Source of the DNA: Fibrobacteria bacterium
GTDB lineage: Bacteria > Fibrobacterota > Chitinivibrionia > Chitinivibrionales > FEN-1185
Direction: 5' to 3'
Length of the DNA: 64,000 nt
Assembly: GCA_037447435.1 (NCBI GenBank)
Contig: JBBIGR010000002.1
Span: 32,001 to 96,000 of the forward strand
The notes under the pieces are model-generated. The model was not told where the DNA came from and did no database searches. It saw nothing but the letters and a program-made list of their open reading frames with translations. Each line of letters begins with the position of its first letter. Position 1 is the stretch's first letter. The translations under genes and the position numbers were made by a program. Below, one piece after another: positions 58,621 to 64,000 of the stretch.

Positions 58621-59943
58621 TTACCACTCGATTGCCAAGGCAGCGATGGTCACCCCTGCCCCAACCGAACACAAGACGATTTTGTCGCCTTTATGCAGAT
58701 CTTTCTGTAATTCCAGTAAAGCAAGAGGAATGCTCGCGCTGGAGGTGTTTCCAACCCTGTCGATATTGATGTAAAACCGTTCGAACGGCACGCCGCCCTT
58801 TTGCGCGGCAGCCTTGAGAATGCGTGCGTTTGCCTGATGAGGAACAACCCAGTTTACATCCTGGGGCAACCATCCGCTTTTTGCCGCAGCTTCCGAGATA
58901 ATGGAAGCAAACCCGCCCGTGGCGAATCGGAACAGGGCATGCCCGGCGGTCCGGATCCAGGGGTTCAGGTTTTCAATGCCGAACGGGATTTTGAACCCGG
59001 GTACCGATCGCTTTGCAAGCAATAAACCCTTGGAATCGGCCTTGAGGACTGCCTGCTTGATTGCATGGCCCGGCCTGCTTCCGCTCACGATGGTTGCGCC
59101 GGCGCCGTCACCGAAGAGGAAATAGGTGCCCATATCTGTTTTGTCAATGAGTTGCGATTGAATTTCCGTACCCACGACCAGGATATTGTCTGCGGCACCC
59201 GATACGATCATGCCGCGCGCCATGGTAAGCGCGTATAGCCAGCCGGAGCAGGCAGCCTTGATGTCGAACGAGGGAATACCTCGTATGCCGAGCAAGTCCT
59301 GCAATATGCAGGCAGTGGACGGCATGGCCACATCCGGAGTCTCGGTCGACACGATGATCCCGCCGATGTCCTTTGCTTCAAGCCCGGAACGCTTGATGGC
59401 CTCTATTGCCGCCTGATACGCCATTTCCGATGGTTTTTCACCTTCTTTTGCCCAACGGCGTTCCCTGATGCCGGTCACGCCGAAAATGTAATCTTCGGTA
59501 ACGGCGGGAAATTCTTTCAATAATTCTTTGCTGGTCACCACACGGTCGGGCAAATAGCCGCCCAATCCTAAAATGCAAACATTACCCGCAACCGTAACGC
59601 TTGGCGAAGGCTGAGCAGGGAGCACGTCGGATTTCTCCACGTCCGATTTCACCGCCTGTGCTGCGGGAATGGAGTTTTTCATGCTCACGTCGCTTGTTTC
59701 AATTTCCAAAACAGCTGCTTCAAACGAAATGGTCTCGCCTTCGACGCACAGCACGCGAACGACGGTTCCGTCACAGGGCGCTTCAAAATCGAACGCAGCC
59801 TTTGCGCTTTCGATTTCACCCAAGATCTGACCTTTTGTAAATTTTGAGCCGACCGACACATTCCACTTCGTAATGGTGGCTTCTGTTTCCGCTGCGGCTT
59901 GGGACGGCAAATACAATGCGATGGTAAATACGTCAGCACTCAC
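58621..59943 (-). CDS. Lipoyl-domain / beta-ketoacyl-ACP synthase III (FabH) fusion
   Basis: N-terminal ITKWNV..G..EIESAKA..EAPCDG; FabH triad AACSG, PHQAN, GNTSSASIP; GTGA overlap with E1 gene. Confidence 0.88.
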   Translation of the reverse strand: MSADVFTIALYLPSQAAAETEATITKWNVSVGSKFTKGQILGEIESAKAAFDFEAPCDGTVVRVLCVEGETISFEAAVLEIETSDVSMKNSIPAAQAVKSDVEKSDVLPAQPSPSVTVAGNVCILGLGGYLPDRVVTSKELLKEFPAVTEDYIFGVTGIRERRWAKEGEKPSEMAYQAAIEAIKRSGLEAKDIGGIIVSTETPDVAMPSTACILQDLLGIRGIPSFDIKAACSGWLYALTMARGMIVSGAADNILVVGTEIQSQLIDKTDMGTYFLFGDGAGATIVSGSRPGHAIKQAVLKADSKGLLLAKRSVPGFKIPFGIENLNPWIRTAGHALFRFATGGFASIISEAAAKSGWLPQDVNWVVPHQANARILKAAAQKGGVPFERFYINIDRVGNTSSASIPLALLELQKDLHKGDKIVLCSVGAGVTIAALAIEW

Positions 59944-61943
59944 GATTTCTCTCCAATCAATTGTGATAATTCTTTTGCAACCTGCTCACGCGATGGCCGG
60001 TAAAACTGTTCGAGCTCCGCGGCAAACGGTACCGGCATGGGCGGAGCGCTTATCAAAACCGGCTGTTTTTTCAAAAAGGAAAAACATTGCCTGCAAACAT
60101 GAGAAATGATCTGGTCGCCCAACCCGGCGATCTCCGTGCTTTCCTGAACGACAAGCAATTTCCCCGTCTTTTTCACCGATTCCAATATATTATTCAGGTT
60201 GAGCGGCGCCATGACGAAAGGATTCCATATGTCAACCTTCGCCTTGATGTCCTGACTCGCGTTGATTGCAATGTCGCACATGGCGCCGAACGCGACGACC
60301 GTACACTCGTCGCCGTCGGCATATTTGCGTTCCCGCCACACCTTGGCGCAATCGCCGTCGAACCGCACGTCTGTTCCGCGCACGCTGTTGTACAGCAATT
60401 TGTGCTCGAAAACAAAACAAGGGTTGGGGTCGTAAAAACCCGCAACAAGCGCTTCGAACATTTCTTGCGGTGTAAACGGATATAAAAGCTTGACGCCGCA
60501 GAATCGCGACCAAAGCCCTTCGAATTCCCCCGAATGAAACGCGCCCAGGGTGACGCCGCCGCCGCACGGCAAACGGAACAGCACCGGCGCTCCGTTGCCG
60601 CTGCGGAAATACCAGGTGCCGCAATTGAGACCGAGTTGCGTTGCGCATTCGGTTGCAAAATCGGCAAATTGAAATTCGACGATCGGCAGCGCTCCGGCTT
60701 GCGATGCGCCGAGGGCAAAACCGGTTATTGCCGATTCTGCAATAGGCATGTCCATGACGCGGTCGGTGCCGTATTTTTCAAACAGGCCTTTACCTGTTTT
60801 AAATGCGGAACCGTACGGCCCCACATCGAGTCCCAAAAGCGCGGCACGCGGGTTATTGGATAATATATAATCCTGCGCCATGGTCACGGCGTTGATGAAC
60901 TTGACTTTTGTCGCCTGAAACGGCGGGACGGTCCGAGAATGGTCCCCTTCCTTAAAAACGGGCGAATGCCCCAGCGCGACGACCGGATTGGGCCGCGGCG
61001 GAATCAGCGCGGCCTTGACCGCGGCTTCGACTTCGGCCGCAATCGGCTCTTCTATGGCAGCGATGGCATCGTCCGTCAATCCGACGTCCAAAAGTGCGGC
61101 GCGCGCCCGCATCAGCGGTTCGCGTTTGAGCCACTCGTCTTTTTCCTCTTTTGTCACATACTCGGCCTTATCGTAGACCGCATGACCTTCCAATCGCAAT
61201 GTTTGACTTTCAAGAATGAACGGCAGAGACGTTTCGTCCATTTCTGCGAGGGCGTCGCATACGGCGCTGTATACTTCCCAGACGTCGGTGCCGTCTATCG
61301 TTTTGCCGTTGATGCCGTATCCGCGCGCACGCTCCGAAAGGTTTTTGCAATTGTATTGGAGTTTTGTCGGCGTGGAATAGGAATAGTGGTTGTTCTCGAT
61401 AAGAAACAAAACAGGGACCTTACGCACCGAAGCGATATTCACGGATTCGTGAAATTCGCCTTTGCTGCTGCCGCCGTCGCCGATAATGGCCAGGCCGAAG
61501 GCGTCTTCGCCGCCCTGGCGCGCGGCCCAGGTTCCGCCCACGACAACCGAAAGCATATTTGACAAATGACTAATCATGGGAAAACGCCGCATGGCCGCAT
61601 TGCCGTGATGGACATTGCCTTCGCGCGCGTGCGACGGGCTGTCGGCATTGGCGATGTATTGGCAGAACATCTGATAGGGCGTATCGCCCAAAATCATATG
61701 CGCGGCAAAATCGCGTTGCATCAGGGACGTCACATCTTTACCCGGGCGAAGCGGAAGGCTCATACCGACGCTGGTCGCTTCGTTTCCGACGCTCAGAGTA
61801 ACGGTTCCCTTTACATACCGTTTAACGTAAAGTTCATTGAGCTTTTCTTCCATTTTCCGTGAAAGAAACATCCAGGAATAGGCGAGAGGAAGAAAATCCT
61901 CTTTCTTCATTTTTTGCGGATAACGCGGAATTGCGGTATTCAA
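59940..61943 (-). CDS. 2-oxoacid dehydrogenase E1 alpha-beta fusion (TPP-dependent)
   Basis: GDGG...ENN TPP motif; DMPIAESAITG, EFQFADF, FEHKLLY; TTG start behind GAGGG. Confidence 0.9.
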   Translation of the reverse strand: MNTAIPRYPQKMKKEDFLPLAYSWMFLSRKMEEKLNELYVKRYVKGTVTLSVGNEATSVGMSLPLRPGKDVTSLMQRDFAAHMILGDTPYQMFCQYIANADSPSHAREGNVHHGNAAMRRFPMISHLSNMLSVVVGGTWAARQGGEDAFGLAIIGDGGSSKGEFHESVNIASVRKVPVLFLIENNHYSYSTPTKLQYNCKNLSERARGYGINGKTIDGTDVWEVYSAVCDALAEMDETSLPFILESQTLRLEGHAVYDKAEYVTKEEKDEWLKREPLMRARAALLDVGLTDDAIAAIEEPIAAEVEAAVKAALIPPRPNPVVALGHSPVFKEGDHSRTVPPFQATKVKFINAVTMAQDYILSNNPRAALLGLDVGPYGSAFKTGKGLFEKYGTDRVMDMPIAESAITGFALGASQAGALPIVEFQFADFATECATQLGLNCGTWYFRSGNGAPVLFRLPCGGGVTLGAFHSGEFEGLWSRFCGVKLLYPFTPQEMFEALVAGFYDPNPCFVFEHKLLYNSVRGTDVRFDGDCAKVWRERKYADGDECTVVAFGAMCDIAINASQDIKAKVDIWNPFVMAPLNLNNILESVKKTGKLLVVQESTEIAGLGDQIISHVCRQCFSFLKKQPVLISAPPMPVPFAAELEQFYRPSREQVAKELSQLIGEKS

Positions 61944-62119
61944 TGACCCTCACTCGGCAAATATAATGGGTTTATATGATTCTATAATATACGTTAGGCT
62001 TTTTATGTTGGATTTGATTTTTAGCCATGAAGAAAATCTAATTCGAATTTTCCTTTATGATTATTATTGTCATAATTAGCGGGTCATAAGTAGAAACGCA
62101 CGAGAGTATATTAATATCT

Positions 62120-62533
62120 ATGGAACAAAAGAATACAATACAAGTGGTTTGCGCCATAATTGAAAAAGACGGAAAAATTCTCGTTGCCAAGCGCAGAATT
62201 TCCCAATCCCAGGGCGGATTTTGGGAATTTCCCGGTGGGAAAATCAATGGGCAGGAAACGCCGGAACAAGCGGTTATTCGCGAAATACGGGAAGAACTCG
62301 GCATCGAAATACTTGTGGAAAAAAAGCTGGACCCCGTTTCCTATTCTTATCCCGGTAAAGAAGTCCTGCTTATTCCTTTTATTGCAGGTATTATCTCGGG
62401 TACGCCGTTTCCGCACGAACACGACGCCATCGATTGGATCACCCGCGCCGGTTCGGACGAGCTCAATTGGTTGCCGCCGGATATTGAAATCGCCGCTTCC
62501 TATTGGAAAGAAAAAGCGTATGCCGTGATTTAA
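62120..62533 (+). CDS. NUDIX hydrolase, MutT/NudG-like
   Basis: WEFPGGK..GQETPEQAVIREIREELG. Confidence 0.9.
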   Translation: MEQKNTIQVVCAIIEKDGKILVAKRRISQSQGGFWEFPGGKINGQETPEQAVIREIREELGIEILVEKKLDPVSYSYPGKEVLLIPFIAGIISGTPFPHEHDAIDWITRAGSDELNWLPPDIEIAASYWKEKAYAVI

Positions 62534-62650
62534 TTTTCCCTTACCGCATTCTCTCGTTGCATACTTGAAATAAGCTCGGCCCAATGATAGTATAAAAAAG
62601 ACCTCCTTTTCTCTGGAAATCGGGCATTCATTCAAGACACGGGCCATCCC

Positions 62651-63361
62651 ATGATGCTGCTTTACAAGACTTTAAAAAAACACGCCGTCGCTATTGCATG
62701 CGCTTTGTTTTTGCCCGGATGCATATTCGATTCGAACACCGGCGATTCCGTGTTGACCTGTTCCTATCTCGGCATCCAGCGGGACACCGTGTCGCCCGAG
62801 CCGACGCTGCGTTTCGCTTTTTCGTCTCCTCTTTCGTCAACATTGGATTTCGATTTTTCTCCGGCCATCGGGCAACAATATGCCATCACCTTCGATTCGG
62901 CGCACGACACGGCATCGCTTTCATTACTGGAACCGTTGCCGTCCGACACCCGGTACGTCCTGACTTTTCATTCTTCACTAATAGGAAAAGACGGGAGCAG
63001 GCTTGATCCCGGAAAAGACAGCGTCGTTTTCATAACCGGGCATGCCGAAACCGAACCCAACAACTCTCCAAGCCTTGCCGACACCCTGACCTCCTCGATA
63101 TATGGTTTTTTGTCAACGAGCCGGGACACGGATTACTACTGCGTTGTCGGCAGTCATGCCCGGTATTACTGTATTGCGTCCGAAAACACTCTGTTTTCGG
63201 TTTCCGACAGCGCACATAATCCCGTGCAAATCATCACTTCCGGAAGCGACGCCAGCGCGTTTTCAGTACCCGATTCGACGCGATATCCGATATTCGTGTG
63301 TTTTTATTCCTTGACAAAAGGTGTTGTCGAAAATTATAAATTCGGAATTTTGAAACAATAG
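62651..63361 (+). CDS. Lipoprotein with Ig-like domain and E.EPNN motif
   Basis: Lipobox LPG-C; ETEPNNS; DTDYY. Confidence 0.7.
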   Translation: MMLLYKTLKKHAVAIACALFLPGCIFDSNTGDSVLTCSYLGIQRDTVSPEPTLRFAFSSPLSSTLDFDFSPAIGQQYAITFDSAHDTASLSLLEPLPSDTRYVLTFHSSLIGKDGSRLDPGKDSVVFITGHAETEPNNSPSLADTLTSSIYGFLSTSRDTDYYCVVGSHARYYCIASENTLFSVSDSAHNPVQIITSGSDASAFSVPDSTRYPIFVCFYSLTKGVVENYKFGILKQ

Positions 63362-63373
63362 CAGGGTGACCTT

Positions 63374-64000
63374 ATGGAATTCAGCAAATCGGATTTGGAA
63401 TTATTAAATGCAATAAAAGACAAATCTGCCGACCCGGCAAAACTGCGGGACGCAGGCACGTTGTATTGGAACGCCATTGAACAAGGGGTTGGCGATTGCC
63501 TGCGGAAAAAAAGCGACATCGCCGCCTTTTGCGACAAGGACCGCGATTTTATAGATTTTGGAATATCGGCCCATGTCTTGGACCGGCCCGTTGAAATACG
63601 GAAAAAAATCACTGACAATGTTCCGAAAGAAAGTTTCCTGTCCGTCCTCTATTTTTCAGACTGGATAAAACAGCTTTACGCTAAAATTATTCAAGGCGAC
63701 AAAAAAGAACTGCTGGAAAAGGAAATATCCTTCACGAACATCCAAATATCGCGGCTCGAAAAGGAAATTCTGGAACTGCAGCAGCAGCGCAAAGACGCCC
63801 TTTTGGCCGAGCAAGCGAAAACAACGGCAACCCGCCAAACTATAGACCAGAAAAGCGGCATCGATATATTGGAACAATACGATACGCTGCTTCGTCAGAA
63901 CCTGAAATTTAAAAAAGCAGTTTCCAAAGGTACTTTTTTTTCCGTTACCGACAAACGCAAACACTGCGAGCGGGAAAACACACTCAGCGCCCTCAAAGCA
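63374..64000 (+). CDS. Hypothetical coiled-coil protein (truncated by window end)
   Basis: ATG 63374, frame MEFSKSDLELL... stays open to window end; absent from the ORF track because it has no stop. Confidence 0.7.
   Translation, partial: MEFSKSDLELLNAIKDKSADPAKLRDAGTLYWNAIEQGVGDCLRKKSDIAAFCDKDRDFIDFGISAHVLDRPVEIRKKITDNVPKESFLSVLYFSDWIKQLYAKIIQGDKKELLEKEISFTNIQISRLEKEILELQQQRKDALLAEQAKTTATRQTIDQKSGIDILEQYDTLLRQNLKFKKAVSKGTFFSVTDKRKHCERENTLSALKA

Overview
Gene-dense bacterial chromosomal segment with no rRNA, tRNA, CRISPR array, transposase or phage genes seen. A TIGR02147-like gene and several secreted proteins with C-terminal sorting-type domains suggest Fibrobacterota (Chitinivibrionia-like); this is inference only. 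Housekeeping genes include smc, purB, parE/parC, a heterodimeric ABC exporter, radC, a NUDIX hydrolase and MscS. The best candidates for undescribed systems are: (1) a radical SAM/SPASM maturase followed by two paralogous 77-78 aa peptides sharing an invariant internal AESGDNCGCNSGCGA core (candidate new RiPP family), with a terminator/antiterminator switch behind it; (2) a ~154-bp promoter module (GTAGACCA half-site, IHF box, GTAGTnC-N4-GGTCTAC palindrome, TATATT) repeated with identical spacing upstream of a secreted protein gene and of the TIGR02147-lipoprotein pair; (3) a 2-oxoacid dehydrogenase E1 alpha-beta fusion coupled to a lipoyl-domain/FabH fusion with no E2 catalytic domain; (4) strong D-S/T sequon enrichment in exported proteins; (5) a 2608-aa exported TPR protein built from 273-aa super-repeats. 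Product calls come from motif recognition by eye; no database search was run.
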